From NCBI RefSeq assembly GCF_000195955.2, contig NC_000962.3:900001-932000 (forward strand): a stretch of DNA of 32,000 bases. The letters run 5' to 3'. The stretch comes from Mycobacterium tuberculosis H37Rv (GTDB taxonomy: Bacteria > Actinomycetota > Actinomycetes > Mycobacteriales > Mycobacteriaceae). This document shows positions 1 to 9,610 of this stretch, in pieces (within the stretch, counting starts at the first letter, position 1; the number at the start of each line of letters is the position of its first letter). The translations under genes were made by a program, and so were the position numbers. The notes beneath the pieces are model-generated. The model had not been told where the DNA came from, did not search any database, and saw nothing but the letters and a program-made list of their open reading frames with translations.

Positions 1-1330
1 GCGGGACGGCGCGTCCGGTCATCAGCGCGTAATAGTGGTAGAACGAGTTGGTCACCGAGATGTCGGTGTCGGAGCGGAACGGGCTGGCCGCGGTGCGGGC
101 GAATTCCTCCGGGAATTCCCGCTCCATCTCGATCAGCACACTCTTGCGCAACGGTACCGCGGTGTGCTCGAGATGACGGGTAATCACCTGCCCGAACCGG
201 TCGAAGAGCAGCTGCCGGTTTACCCGGGCCGCGTTTTCAAAGCCACTACGCGCTGGGTTGTTGGCGCCGAGCCCGATCCGGGTCTTGGCTTCGATGAACC
301 TGGTGACTCCACCGGGAGAGAAGAACATACTGGCCTTGAGCGGCCGGCCGAAGAACATGTCGTCGTTGGAGTACAAGAAGTGCTCGCTGAGCCCCGGGAT
401 GTGGTGCAGCTGGCTCTCCACCGCATGCGAGTTATAGGTCGGCAACGCGGAACGGTCGGAAAAGTGGTCCTCGGCGCGAACGATGGTGATTTTAGGATGT
501 TCGGCCAACCATGGCGGCGGGGTTGAATCCGTCGCGATGAAGATGCGACGTATCCACGGAGCAAACATGTTCACCGACCGCAGCGCGTATTTCAACTCGT
601 CGATTTGGCGGATCCGCGCTTCGGCGTCGTCGCCCTCGCCCACCACGTACTGCGACATTTGAGCCATGCGGCGCGCCCGGAACTCGGGGTCACTACCGTC
701 CACCCAGGAGAACACCATGTCTATGTCGAACACGACGTCGCTGGCGTGCGGGGCAAACATCCCGTCAAGGGTCGGCCATTTGTACCCGTAGAGTTTGACA
801 TTTGTCGGCGTTATTTCGTTTCGGGGCAGCACTTTGCGGCTAAGCGAGTTTTCGACAGGGCAGCGGATCACCGTCTCCTCGTATACCCAGAATTGCAGTT
901 CCACACCGAACGCCGGGCCGTAGCGAAATCCGCCCGGCGCGATCCGGCGTCGATACAACCGCACGACACGCGGGTCAACCAGCTGCGACAGCCCGTCGGT
1001 GGCGACCAAAACAGGAGAAAGGCCAGGCTCATCAATAGTTTTGGCGTACATCGGTTCGGTTGCACATGCGGCCGCAAGAGCGCGCTCGAGGCCGGCACGT
1101 AGTTCGATGTTGATGGCAAGCACCGGCCGGTTCTTGTGGTTTCGGATCAGTAGATAGGGAATATCAGCCCTGTTTAACACCTTTCGCAGAAAGACCAGAT
1201 CTTCGATCTGGGCCTCCTGGGGGGTCAGGCCGGATTCCAGGCGGGCGATCTTGCCGCGCCGGGTAACGATGATGGGATTCACGGTGCGCTGAGCGGGCCG
1301 ACCGCCGTCGCGCGAAGAGATTTTGGGCAT
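1..1330 (-). CDS. cpsY: Stealth-family capsular polysaccharide phosphotransferase-like protein (CpsY, Rv0806c); 3' end runs off the left window edge
   Basis: Minus-strand frame open from ATG (cat at 1328-1330) to position 1. It is absent from the ORF track because no stop lies in the window. My translation is MPKISSRDGGRPAQRTVNPIIVTRRGK... and contains Stealth-like conserved blocks (DIDMVFSWVDGSDPEF, LYSNDDMFFGRP). Confidence 0.85.
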   Translation of the reverse strand, partial: MPKISSRDGGRPAQRTVNPIIVTRRGKIARLESGLTPQEAQIEDLVFLRKVLNRADIPYLLIRNHKNRPVLAINIELRAGLERALAAACATEPMYAKTIDEPGLSPVLVATDGLSQLVDPRVVRLYRRRIAPGGFRYGPAFGVELQFWVYEETVIRCPVENSLSRKVLPRNEITPTNVKLYGYKWPTLDGMFAPHASDVVFDIDMVFSWVDGSDPEFRARRMAQMSQYVVGEGDDAEARIRQIDELKYALRSVNMFAPWIRRIFIATDSTPPPWLAEHPKITIVRAEDHFSDRSALPTYNSHAVESQLHHIPGLSEHFLYSNDDMFFGRPLKASMFFSPGGVTRFIEAKTRIGLGANNPARSGFENAARVNRQLLFDRFGQVITRHLEHTAVPLRKSVLIEMEREFPEEFARTAASPFRSDTDISVTNSFYHYYALMTGRAVP

Positions 1331-1634
1331 CGGGTCACCGCCTTGGGAACTCAGGGAGAAATGATTAGGTCACCGAAAGAATCTCACAGATCGCGGGTCG
1401 GCGCAGGTTGACCGCGCTGGCGCGGGGTCCATACAGAATTGTGCGGTCAAGGCGATAACTCTTGCAAGACACCAGATCTAGCGATCTAAGAACATCGGCC
1501 GGAAACCTGGTTGTTGCGGCCGCGCCATGTCAAGTTCAGTTCGGAACTGGGCTCGCATACAACCCGATCCCAGTCTCAGCAGCGGCGCTTGGCCGCCATC
1601 TGGATGGATCCACCGATTCTTGAGACCCTAAGGT

Positions 1635-2024
1635 ATGAGCGCTCGTGATCGAGTCGATCCGGCGAAGACTCGGCAGGTCGTGTTGGCCCTCGCGGACTGG
1701 TTGCGCGACGAAACGTTGCCAGCACCCGACACCGACGTGTTGGCGGCGGCGGTTCGGCTTACGGCGCGCACGCTCGCTGCGCTGGCCCCTGGCGCCAGCG
1801 TCGAAGTCCGGATCCCACCGTTTGCTGCGGTGCAGTGCATTTCTGGGCCCCGGCACACTCGCGGCACACCCCCCAACGTCGTGCAGACCGACCCACGGAC
1901 CTGGCTCCTGGTGGCTACCGGGCTGTCGGGGGTGGCGCAGGCCCGGGGCAGTGGCGCGCTGCAGCTCTCCGGCTCGCGGGCCGGTGAGATCGAGGCCTGG
2001 TTGCCACTGGTGGATCTCGGCTGA
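1635..2024 (+). CDS. Conserved hypothetical protein (Rv0807), possibly SCP2/sterol-carrier-like
   Basis: 129-aa ORF diverging from cpsY and directly upstream of purF. Its length and position match recalled Rv0807. The fold assignment is recalled only and is weak. Confidence 0.6.
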   Translation: MSARDRVDPAKTRQVVLALADWLRDETLPAPDTDVLAAAVRLTARTLAALAPGASVEVRIPPFAAVQCISGPRHTRGTPPNVVQTDPRTWLLVATGLSGVAQARGSGALQLSGSRAGEIEAWLPLVDLG

Positions 2025-2110
2025 TTCCGGCGTGCTGAGCTGCGGCTATGGTGTGTGAGGGTGGCGCCGGGGTGCCCGACACGTAAGCCGAATTCGGCGG
2101 TGCAGACGTC

Positions 2111-3694
2111 GTGGCCGTAGACTCGGATTACGTCACCGACCGCGCCGCAGGGAGCCGCCAAACCGTGACCGGCCAGCAACCCGAGCAAGACCTGAACTCG
2201 CCCCGGGAAGAGTGCGGTGTCTTCGGGGTCTGGGCCCCGGGTGAAGACGTCGCCAAACTCACCTACTACGGCCTGTACGCGTTGCAGCATCGCGGCCAGG
2301 AAGCCGCCGGGATCGCCGTCGCCGACGGCTCCCAGGTGCTGGTCTTCAAAGACCTCGGCCTGGTCAGCCAGGTGTTCGACGAGCAGACGTTGGCGGCCAT
2401 GCAGGGCCATGTCGCCATCGGGCACTGTCGTTACTCCACCACCGGGGACACGACGTGGGAGAACGCCCAGCCCGTGTTCCGCAACACCGCCGCTGGCACC
2501 GGTGTTGCGTTGGGCCACAACGGAAATCTGGTCAATGCCGCTGCCCTTGCCGCCCGCGCCCGCGACGCGGGGTTGATCGCCACCCGCTGCCCAGCCCCGG
2601 CGACGACGGACTCCGACATTCTGGGGGCGCTGCTGGCCCACGGTGCTGCCGATTCCACCCTCGAACAGGCGGCGCTGGACCTGCTGCCCACAGTGCGGGG
2701 AGCGTTCTGTCTGACGTTCATGGACGAAAACACGCTTTATGCGTGCCGCGACCCGTACGGGGTGCGCCCGCTATCGCTCGGGCGTTTGGACCGTGGCTGG
2801 GTGGTGGCCTCCGAAACGGCCGCACTCGACATCGTCGGCGCCTCGTTCGTCCGTGATATCGAACCGGGCGAATTGCTGGCTATCGACGCCGACGGGGTGC
2901 GGTCCACCCGCTTTGCCAACCCCACGCCCAAGGGCTGCGTATTCGAATACGTCTACCTGGCGCGGCCGGACAGTACGATCGCCGGCCGGTCGGTACACGC
3001 CGCGCGGGTGGAGATCGGTCGCCGACTGGCTCGGGAATGCCCGGTCGAGGCCGACTTGGTGATTGGTGTGCCGGAATCCGGCACACCCGCCGCGGTCGGC
3101 TACGCGCAGGAGTCCGGCGTTCCATATGGGCAGGGTCTGATGAAGAACGCCTATGTCGGGCGCACCTTCATCCAGCCGTCACAGACCATCCGTCAGCTCG
3201 GCATCCGGCTGAAGCTCAACCCGCTCAAAGAGGTGATCCGCGGCAAGCGGCTCATCGTCGTCGACGACTCGATCGTGCGGGGCAACACCCAGCGTGCGCT
3301 GGTACGCATGCTGCGCGAGGCCGGTGCGGTCGAATTGCATGTGCGCATCGCCTCGCCACCGGTGAAGTGGCCGTGCTTCTACGGTATCGACTTCCCCTCG
3401 CCGGCCGAGTTGATCGCCAACGCCGTGGAAAACGAGGACGAGATGCTGGAGGCGGTACGGCATGCCATCGGGGCCGACACGCTGGGATACATCTCGCTGC
3501 GGGGCATGGTCGCGGCGTCCGAGCAGCCCACGTCGCGGCTGTGCACCGCTTGCTTCGACGGCAAGTATCCAATAGAGCTGCCCCGCGAGACCGCGCTAGG
3601 CAAAAATGTCATCGAGCACATGCTCGCCAATGCGGCCCGCGGAGCCGCGCTGGGCGAACTCGCCGCCGACGACGAAGTCCCCGTTGGGCGCTGA
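2111..3694 (+). CDS. purF: Amidophosphoribosyltransferase (glutamine PRPP amidotransferase), Fe-S type
   Basis: 527-aa ORF with a GTG start. The Ntn catalytic Cys sits in EECGVFGV at residue 35, behind a long propeptide. A PRPP-binding loop (LIVVDDSIVRGNT) is present, as are candidate 4Fe-4S Cys ligands (KGCVFEY, WPCFYGID, CTACFDG). Confidence 0.95.
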   Translation: MAVDSDYVTDRAAGSRQTVTGQQPEQDLNSPREECGVFGVWAPGEDVAKLTYYGLYALQHRGQEAAGIAVADGSQVLVFKDLGLVSQVFDEQTLAAMQGHVAIGHCRYSTTGDTTWENAQPVFRNTAAGTGVALGHNGNLVNAAALAARARDAGLIATRCPAPATTDSDILGALLAHGAADSTLEQAALDLLPTVRGAFCLTFMDENTLYACRDPYGVRPLSLGRLDRGWVVASETAALDIVGASFVRDIEPGELLAIDADGVRSTRFANPTPKGCVFEYVYLARPDSTIAGRSVHAARVEIGRRLARECPVEADLVIGVPESGTPAAVGYAQESGVPYGQGLMKNAYVGRTFIQPSQTIRQLGIRLKLNPLKEVIRGKRLIVVDDSIVRGNTQRALVRMLREAGAVELHVRIASPPVKWPCFYGIDFPSPAELIANAVENEDEMLEAVRHAIGADTLGYISLRGMVAASEQPTSRLCTACFDGKYPIELPRETALGKNVIEHMLANAARGAALGELAADDEVPVGR

Positions 3695-3724
3695 CAAAAC
3701 GCACGCGCGGTAGCCTTTATCGCG

Positions 3725-4819
3725 ATGACGGATCTCGCAAAAGGCCCCGGAAAAGACCCGGGTAGTCGGGGTATCACCTACGCGTCGGCCGGGGTCGACA
3801 TCGAAGCCGGTGACCGCGCCATCGACCTGTTCAAGCCGCTCGCTTCGAAGGCCACCAGACCCGAAGTGCGCGGCGGGCTGGGGGGATTCGCCGGACTGTT
3901 CACTCTCCGCGGTGACTACCGCGAACCGGTGCTGGCGGCCTCCAGCGACGGCGTCGGCACCAAACTCGCGATCGCTCAGGCGATGGATAAGCACGACACG
4001 GTGGGCCTGGACCTGGTGGCGATGGTGGTCGATGACTTGGTGGTTTGCGGCGCCGAGCCGCTGTTCCTGTTGGATTACATCGCCGTCGGTCGGATCGTGC
4101 CGGAGCGACTCAGCGCGATCGTCGCCGGTATCGCCGATGGGTGCATGCGTGCCGGCTGTGCGCTGCTTGGCGGCGAGACCGCAGAACATCCGGGCCTGAT
4201 CGAGCCCGATCACTACGATATCTCTGCCACCGGCGTCGGCGTCGTCGAGGCGGACAATGTGCTGGGTCCCGACCGGGTCAAACCCGGCGACGTCATCATC
4301 GCGATGGGCTCGTCGGGTCTGCATTCCAATGGGTACTCGCTGGTCCGCAAGGTGTTGCTGGAGATCGACCGGATGAATCTGGCCGGTCATGTGGAGGAGT
4401 TCGGTCGCACCTTGGGCGAAGAGTTATTGGAGCCGACTCGCATCTACGCCAAAGACTGTTTGGCCTTGGCCGCCGAAACCCGTGTCCGGACGTTTTGCCA
4501 CGTCACCGGCGGCGGGCTCGCCGGCAACCTGCAACGGGTCATCCCGCATGGCCTCATCGCCGAGGTCGACCGCGGCACCTGGACACCCGCGCCGGTATTC
4601 ACCATGATTGCCCAGCGCGGCCGGGTCAGGCGCACAGAGATGGAGAAGACGTTCAACATGGGTGTCGGCATGATCGCCGTCGTTGCCCCCGAAGACACGA
4701 CGCGCGCCCTGGCCGTCCTGACCGCGCGGCACCTGGACTGCTGGGTATTGGGAACCGTCTGCAAAGGCGGAAAACAAGGCCCGCGGGCAAAACTGGTTGG
4801 GCAGCACCCGAGATTCTAA
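3725..4819 (+). CDS. purM: Phosphoribosylformylglycinamidine cyclo-ligase (AIR synthetase)
   Basis: 364-aa ORF 30 nt after purF. It carries PurM motifs GLGGFAGLF and SSDGVGTKL and has AIRS N- and C-domain architecture. Confidence 0.95.
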   Translation: MTDLAKGPGKDPGSRGITYASAGVDIEAGDRAIDLFKPLASKATRPEVRGGLGGFAGLFTLRGDYREPVLAASSDGVGTKLAIAQAMDKHDTVGLDLVAMVVDDLVVCGAEPLFLLDYIAVGRIVPERLSAIVAGIADGCMRAGCALLGGETAEHPGLIEPDHYDISATGVGVVEADNVLGPDRVKPGDVIIAMGSSGLHSNGYSLVRKVLLEIDRMNLAGHVEEFGRTLGEELLEPTRIYAKDCLALAAETRVRTFCHVTGGGLAGNLQRVIPHGLIAEVDRGTWTPAPVFTMIAQRGRVRRTEMEKTFNMGVGMIAVVAPEDTTRALAVLTARHLDCWVLGTVCKGGKQGPRAKLVGQHPRF

Positions 4820-4904
4820 GAACCAGACCTAACCGGGTCTAATGAGGTCAACGCCACGCCGATGGGAACCGAATCGGCACCGTGCGGGGGGCAGCTCCGT
4901 GGTG

Positions 4905-5087
4905 CTAGCGCCGCCAGTCGTCCTCATCGTTCCACGAGTCGTCGTCCGACGGGCCGTCGCCGTCCAGTCGGTCGGTACCGGTACCTGACAGCTCACGCTG
5001 AAGCCGCTGGAAGTCGGTCTGCGGGGAGCTGTATTTCAATTCTCGAGCAACCTTGGTCTGCTTTGCCTTAGCCCGGCCGCGGCCCAT
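4905..5087 (-). CDS. Small conserved actinobacterial protein, DUF3073 family (Rv0810c)
   Basis: 60-aa ORF, MGRGRAKAKQTKVARELKY...DDDSWNDEDDWRR, with a basic N-terminus and an acidic C-terminus. A purine-rich SD-like stretch (gaggggg) lies shortly upstream of the ATG. It is convergent with purM. Confidence 0.75.
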   Translation of the reverse strand: MGRGRAKAKQTKVARELKYSSPQTDFQRLQRELSGTGTDRLDGDGPSDDDSWNDEDDWRR

Positions 5088-5111
5088 GGGGGAACCCCCT
5101 CGCGAAATAAC

Positions 5112-5138
5112 GGAGCGGCCTAACGAGTAGGCGGCTCC
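5112..5138 (-). terminator. Candidate stem-loop between Rv0811c and Rv0810c (terminator or 5'-UTR structure)
   Basis: ggagcggcc (5112-5120) and ggcggctcc (5130-5138) form a 9-bp stem with one mismatch and a 9-nt loop. On the minus strand it is followed by GTTATTTCG. There is no clear U-tract, as is common for mycobacterial terminators. Confidence 0.25.
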
Positions 5139-5233
5139 GATCTCTGGTGTCGTTTATTGTCCTGCCGACAGTTTACCGTGCCGCCCGGTCGGGCGCGGGG
5201 CGGCCTGCCCGCCGTTACGGAGGGCACGGGTAA

Positions 5234-6340
5234 TCACCGAATACCGCCGCGCAGCCGCTCGACGGCCCGCCGTCCGGCGCCCACATCGTCGGCGGGCGGC
5301 AGCGAGTCGACGTCGATCACCGCGGCAACCTCGGCTTCCGGACCGGTTACCAGGGCGGTGTCGCCCGGCAGACCCCGTTTGAGCAGGGCCAGTGCCACCG
5401 GCCCTAGCTCTACGTGCTCGACCACCGTTCCCAGTCGTCCCACCGTGCGACCGCCGGCCAGCACCGCATCGCCCGTCGACGGCCGCTGCACTGACTCGTC
5501 CAGATGCAACAACACCAGCATCCGGGGTGGTCTACCCAGGTTGTGCACCCGTGCGACGGTCTCTTGCCCTCGGTAACAGCCCTTGTTCAGGTGGACGGCT
5601 CCGGCGCCGGGGCCACCGATCCAACCCACTTCGTGAGGGATGGTGCGTTCATCGGTGTCAACGCCCAGCCGCGGGCGCCTAGCCGGCACCCGGTGAGCCA
5701 CTCGATGGGCTTCATAGGCCCAGATGCCGGCCGGGCGCACACCCGCCTGAGTCAGGCGACGCTGCCAGTCGGCACGATCGCCGCGCTTCACCACCACGTC
5801 CAGTTCGATTTGGCCCGCTAGGCCGTCGGGCATCCGGCGGACAATCCCGCCGCCGGCAAGCGGCACGGCCAGCCACTCAGCGGGCAAGACATCTAGACCC
5901 AGCGCGTCGAGCACTCGTTCCTCAGCCAGCCGCGGCCCCAATAGCGACAACACCGCCATATCAGCGGCACGAGGAGTGACCATCGACCAAAAAACCATCT
6001 TGCGCAAATAGGCCAGCAGCGGTTCACCCCGCCACGGCTCGGTATCGAGATAGGTCGTGCCACCCAGCTCGGTCTGTATCCAGTGATCCTCAACTCGGCC
6101 TTGTCCGTCCAGGCTGAGATTTTGGGTGCTGGCGCCCTCAGGCAGGTCGCTGACGTGTTGTGTGGAGATGCTGTGCAGCCAGGTTTGCCGATCGCCACCG
6201 TCGAGGGTGAGCACGGCGCGGTGCGAGCGATCCACCAGCACGGCATCGGCTTGCCCCGCGCGTTGCTCGCCCAGCGGGTCGCCGTAATGCCAGATCGCAC
6301 CCGCGTCGGGTCCGGGGTCTGGGGCAGGGACTGCGGCCAC
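5234..6340 (-). CDS. YgfZ/GcvT-like folate-binding protein (Rv0811c)
   Basis: 368-aa ORF carrying the YgfZ signature KGCYRGQE (in LNKGCYRGQETVARV), with an aminomethyltransferase-like fold implied. Confidence 0.85.
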   Translation of the reverse strand: MAAVPAPDPGPDAGAIWHYGDPLGEQRAGQADAVLVDRSHRAVLTLDGGDRQTWLHSISTQHVSDLPEGASTQNLSLDGQGRVEDHWIQTELGGTTYLDTEPWRGEPLLAYLRKMVFWSMVTPRAADMAVLSLLGPRLAEERVLDALGLDVLPAEWLAVPLAGGGIVRRMPDGLAGQIELDVVVKRGDRADWQRRLTQAGVRPAGIWAYEAHRVAHRVPARRPRLGVDTDERTIPHEVGWIGGPGAGAVHLNKGCYRGQETVARVHNLGRPPRMLVLLHLDESVQRPSTGDAVLAGGRTVGRLGTVVEHVELGPVALALLKRGLPGDTALVTGPEAEVAAVIDVDSLPPADDVGAGRRAVERLRGGIR

Positions 6341-6404
6341 ACAACAACTCTACGAAAAGCCGCGCTCGGCCTCGTTGACCAGCGTGCAGCTAGGCTGCAG
6401 GGAC

Positions 6405-7292
6405 ATGTTGAGGCAGACGGGCGTGGTGGTCACGCTTGACGGTGAGATCCTGCAGCCGGGTATGCCGCTGCTGCACGCCGATGATCTTGCCGCTGTGCGG
6501 GGGGATGGCGTTTTCGAGACACTGCTGGTGCGCGACGGCCGAGCCTGTCTGGTTGAAGCGCACCTGCAGCGGCTGACCCAATCAGCCAGGTTGATGGACC
6601 TTCCCGAACCGGATCTCCCCAGGTGGCGCCGCGCGGTCGAGGTGGCAACGCAGCGGTGGGTGGCTAGCACCGCTGACGAGGGCGCGCTGCGCTTGATCTA
6701 CAGTCGCGGTCGGGAGGGCGGCTCGGCGCCGACGGCCTATGTCATGGTCAGTCCGGTCCCGGCGCGAGTTATCGGGGCCCGCCGCGATGGTGTGTCGGCG
6801 ATCACGCTGGACCGCGGTTTGCCGGCTGACGGTGGCGACGCCATGCCGTGGCTGATAGCCAGCGCCAAAACACTGTCCTATGCGGTGAACATGGCCGTCC
6901 TGCGTCATGCCGCCCGGCAGGGCGCCGGCGACGTCATCTTCGTCAGCACGGACGGCTACGTCCTGGAAGGCCCTCGCTCGACGGTGGTGATCGCCACCGA
7001 CGGTGACCAAGGGGGCGGGAACCCCTGCTTGCTGACGCCGCCTCCGTGGTATCCAATCCTGCGGGGAACCACGCAACAAGCGCTCTTCGAAGTGGCCCGC
7101 GCGAAAGGCTACGACTGCGACTACCGTGCCCTACGCGTCGCCGATCTCTTCGATTCCCAAGGTATTTGGTTGGTATCGAGCATGACTCTGGCCGCCCGCG
7201 TACACACCCTGGACGGGCGGCGATTACCCCGCACCCCGATCGCTGAGGTGTTTGCCGAATTGGTGGACGCCGCTATTGTCAGCGACCGGTGA
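6405..7292 (+). CDS. pabC: Class IV (fold type IV) PLP enzyme: aminodeoxychorismate lyase / D-amino-acid transaminase-like (Rv0812)
   Basis: The ORF is open from 6375. ATG at 6405 (MLRQTGVVV...) is my pick, and GTG at 6423 would give the 289-aa product I recall from annotation. It carries class IV aminotransferase-like sequence, with a candidate PLP Lys in ASAKTLSYAVN. Confidence 0.85.
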   Translation: MLRQTGVVVTLDGEILQPGMPLLHADDLAAVRGDGVFETLLVRDGRACLVEAHLQRLTQSARLMDLPEPDLPRWRRAVEVATQRWVASTADEGALRLIYSRGREGGSAPTAYVMVSPVPARVIGARRDGVSAITLDRGLPADGGDAMPWLIASAKTLSYAVNMAVLRHAARQGAGDVIFVSTDGYVLEGPRSTVVIATDGDQGGGNPCLLTPPPWYPILRGTTQQALFEVARAKGYDCDYRALRVADLFDSQGIWLVSSMTLAARVHTLDGRRLPRTPIAEVFAELVDAAIVSDR

Positions 7293-7337
7293 TACGGCAA
7301 CCTCTGTTGTGGTCAGCGCCGGCCATACCGCTCGCCG

Positions 7338-8018
7338 TTATCCGACGAACCGGGACAACCGCGCCGACAGATGTGGTACCAGCCCGCCGTCGGCATCGAC
7401 GCGTTCCTCGACGTAGGCCAGGTCGCCACCTTCGACGATGCCGTAGAGTCGTTTGGCGCCGCCGACCAGAACGCCAGACCGACTGCGGGCCAGCGCATCG
7501 GTCACCAACTCCCACGAGGACTGGGTGCGCGGCCGCCCGTAGAACAGTTCGACATAACCGGCCGAATGCGCCAATAGCAACTCGATCGCCTGAGACTCGC
7601 TCGGATCGTACGGGTCGGCGACGAACCGCCAGAATCCCGCTTCTCGTAAGCCTGGTTCCTGGTAGTCGCCCGTGGCGGTGAGCCGCCAGGACCGGGATTC
7701 CCAATTCAGATAGTCGCCGCCGTCGTGTGACACAACGATCTGCTGGCCGAACCGGTAGTCGCCGTCGGGTCCGCGGCCCTCGCCTTCGCCGCGCCACACG
7801 CCGACCAGTGGCAGCAGCGCCAGCAGTGCATTGTTCAGGTCGGCACCTTCGCGCAGGTTTGCGGTATCTGCGGGAACCGGCAAATCGTCGAAGGCAGGGA
7901 TATTGCGCGCGGCGGTCGCCTTGGCCCGCTCGACGGCAGCGGCGACCGCACGGTCGCCGGAGCCCGCAGCATGGACGCCGCCGGCCCCGGTCGCATCCGA
8001 GCCCGCGCCGGAACTCAC
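7338..8018 (-). CDS. Nitrobindin / FABP-like beta-barrel protein, DUF1794 family (Rv0813c)
   Basis: 226-aa ORF with a GTG start at 8018. An Ala/Gly-rich N-terminus is followed by a barrel-domain sequence ([14 protein letters not shown]...). It matches recalled Rv0813c. Confidence 0.8.
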
Positions 8019-8180
8019 GACTCGTCGGTAACGAGCCGGTACAGCGTGTACAGCGCGAACCAGGAGATAACCACGGTCGCCAAGACCAGCATGATCTCGA
8101 AGAACAGCACCACGGGGACGAGTGTATGCGGCCGCGGCCGCTTCCGTGGCCCTGGCTCGTCTGGGCCTGATTGGGGCCGG

Positions 8181-8483
8181 TCAGGTGATCTTGACGTCTA
8201 CCTCGTGGATGCCCGCGCCCGAGGGCTGCACCACCGCGTCGCCGTTGCCGGCCGCCGACAGCGCGCGCAGCGTCCAGGATCCGGGCGCGGCGAAGAACCG
8301 GAAATCGCCGGTGGCCGACGCGACGACCTCCGCGGTGAACTCGTCGGAGGAGTCCAGCAGCCGCACGAACGCGCCGCCCACGGCCTGGCCGTCACCGTCC
8401 ACTACGCGGCCGGTGATCACCGTTTCTTTTTCCAGGTCGACGCTGGCCGGCAATGTCAGTCCTTGCTTGGGTCCAGAGCACAT
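8181..8483 (-). CDS. sseC2: DUF1416 protein associated with thiosulfate sulfurtransferase (SseC2, Rv0814c)
   Basis: The internal ATG of the 149-aa ORF gives 100 aa (MCSGPKQGLTLPASVDL...). That ATG (8481-8483) lies 1 nt after the cysA2 stop (tca, 8485-8487), consistent with translational coupling. Confidence 0.8.
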   Translation of the reverse strand: MCSGPKQGLTLPASVDLEKETVITGRVVDGDGQAVGGAFVRLLDSSDEFTAEVVASATGDFRFFAAPGSWTLRALSAAGNGDAVVQPSGAGIHEVDVKIT

Positions 8484-8484
8484 A

Positions 8485-9318
8485 TCAGCTTCCCAACTCG
8501 ATCGGGGCGCCCACCAGGGAGCCGTATTCTGTCCAACTGCCGTCGTAGTTCTTGACGTTTTGGTGTCCGAGTAATTCCCGCAACACGAACCAGGTGTGCG
8601 AGGACCGTTCCCCGATTCGGCAGTAGGCAATCGTTTCCTTGCTGTTGTCTAGGCCGGCGTCGGCGTAAAGCTTGGCCAACTCCTCATCGGACTTGAAGGT
8701 GCCGTCCTCGTTGGCGGCCCTGCTCCACGGCACGTTGATGGCACCAGGAATGTGTCCGGGCCGCTGGCTTTGTTCCTGCGGCAGGTGCGCGGGGGCCAGG
8801 ATCTTGCCGGAGAACTCGTCGGGAGAGCGCACGTCGATGAGGTTCTTGACGTTGATGGCCGCCAGGACCTCGTCGCGGAATGCCCGAATCGTGTTATCCG
8901 GCGGGGAGGCGGTGTAGGAGGTCACCGGCCGGCTGACCGGGTCGCTGGACAGCGGGCGTCCGTCGAGCTCCCACTTCTTGCGGCCGCCGTCGAGCAACTT
9001 GACCTTCTCATGGCCGTAGAGCTTGAAATACCAGTACGCGTAGGCGGCGAACCAATTGTTGTTGCCGCCGTACAGGATCACCGTGTCCTCGTTGGCGATG
9101 CCACGCTCGGACAGCAGCTTGGAGAATTGCTGGGCGTCGACGAAGTCACGTTTGACCGGATCCTGCAGGTCGGTGCGCCAGTCCAACTTGATCGCGCCGG
9201 CAATATGGTCACGGTCATATGCACTGGTGTCCTCGTCCACTTCGACGAAAACGACCTTCGGCGCGTGCAGATTGCTCTCAGCCCAGTCGGCGGAGACCAG
9301 GACATCGCAGCGTGCCAT
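8485..9318 (-). CDS. cysA2: Thiosulfate sulfurtransferase, tandem rhodanese domains
   Basis: 277 aa from ATG at 9318 (MARCDVLVSADWAESNL...). It has two rhodanese domains and the active-site loop CRIGERSS. Confidence 0.92.
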   Translation of the reverse strand: MARCDVLVSADWAESNLHAPKVVFVEVDEDTSAYDRDHIAGAIKLDWRTDLQDPVKRDFVDAQQFSKLLSERGIANEDTVILYGGNNNWFAAYAYWYFKLYGHEKVKLLDGGRKKWELDGRPLSSDPVSRPVTSYTASPPDNTIRAFRDEVLAAINVKNLIDVRSPDEFSGKILAPAHLPQEQSQRPGHIPGAINVPWSRAANEDGTFKSDEELAKLYADAGLDNSKETIAYCRIGERSSHTWFVLRELLGHQNVKNYDGSWTEYGSLVGAPIELGS

Positions 9319-9610
9319 GGCGGGAATCCTTTCGCATAGTTCGGTGACCAGCGTGGTCAACTGGTTAGGCGGGACGGGGAGTGTTACTGCTTGACTGCTC
9401 CTTGGGACGTCTGTTGCACAGAAACGGCGGGCGACACGCTACGGTGGGGCTCCTAGGCTGCTCTAAGTGCTGCGCGGACGTGCGCGGCTACTCAGCAGCT
9501 ACAGCAACAGCAACAACCCGCTAGGCGGCACAGATCAACTGCGCGACGCTTGGTGAGCATGGGCTCGATGCGGGCTGACACGTCGGACAGCTTACCCAAT
9601 CGCATAGTGC

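Noticed and set aside
1628-2641. 337-aa minus-strand ORF spanning Rv0807 and the purF 5' end
   Set aside because: It overlaps two well-supported + strand genes with clear family motifs, and its composition (Arg/Gly/Ala-rich) is typical of a high-GC artefact.
9491-9520. CAG/CAA-rich microrepeat (cagcagctacagcaacagcaacaacc) upstream of cysA2
   Set aside because: It is short and imperfect, with no flanking structure. The 161-aa ORF containing it (9492..9977) overlaps thiX in another frame and looks spurious. It is probably chance.
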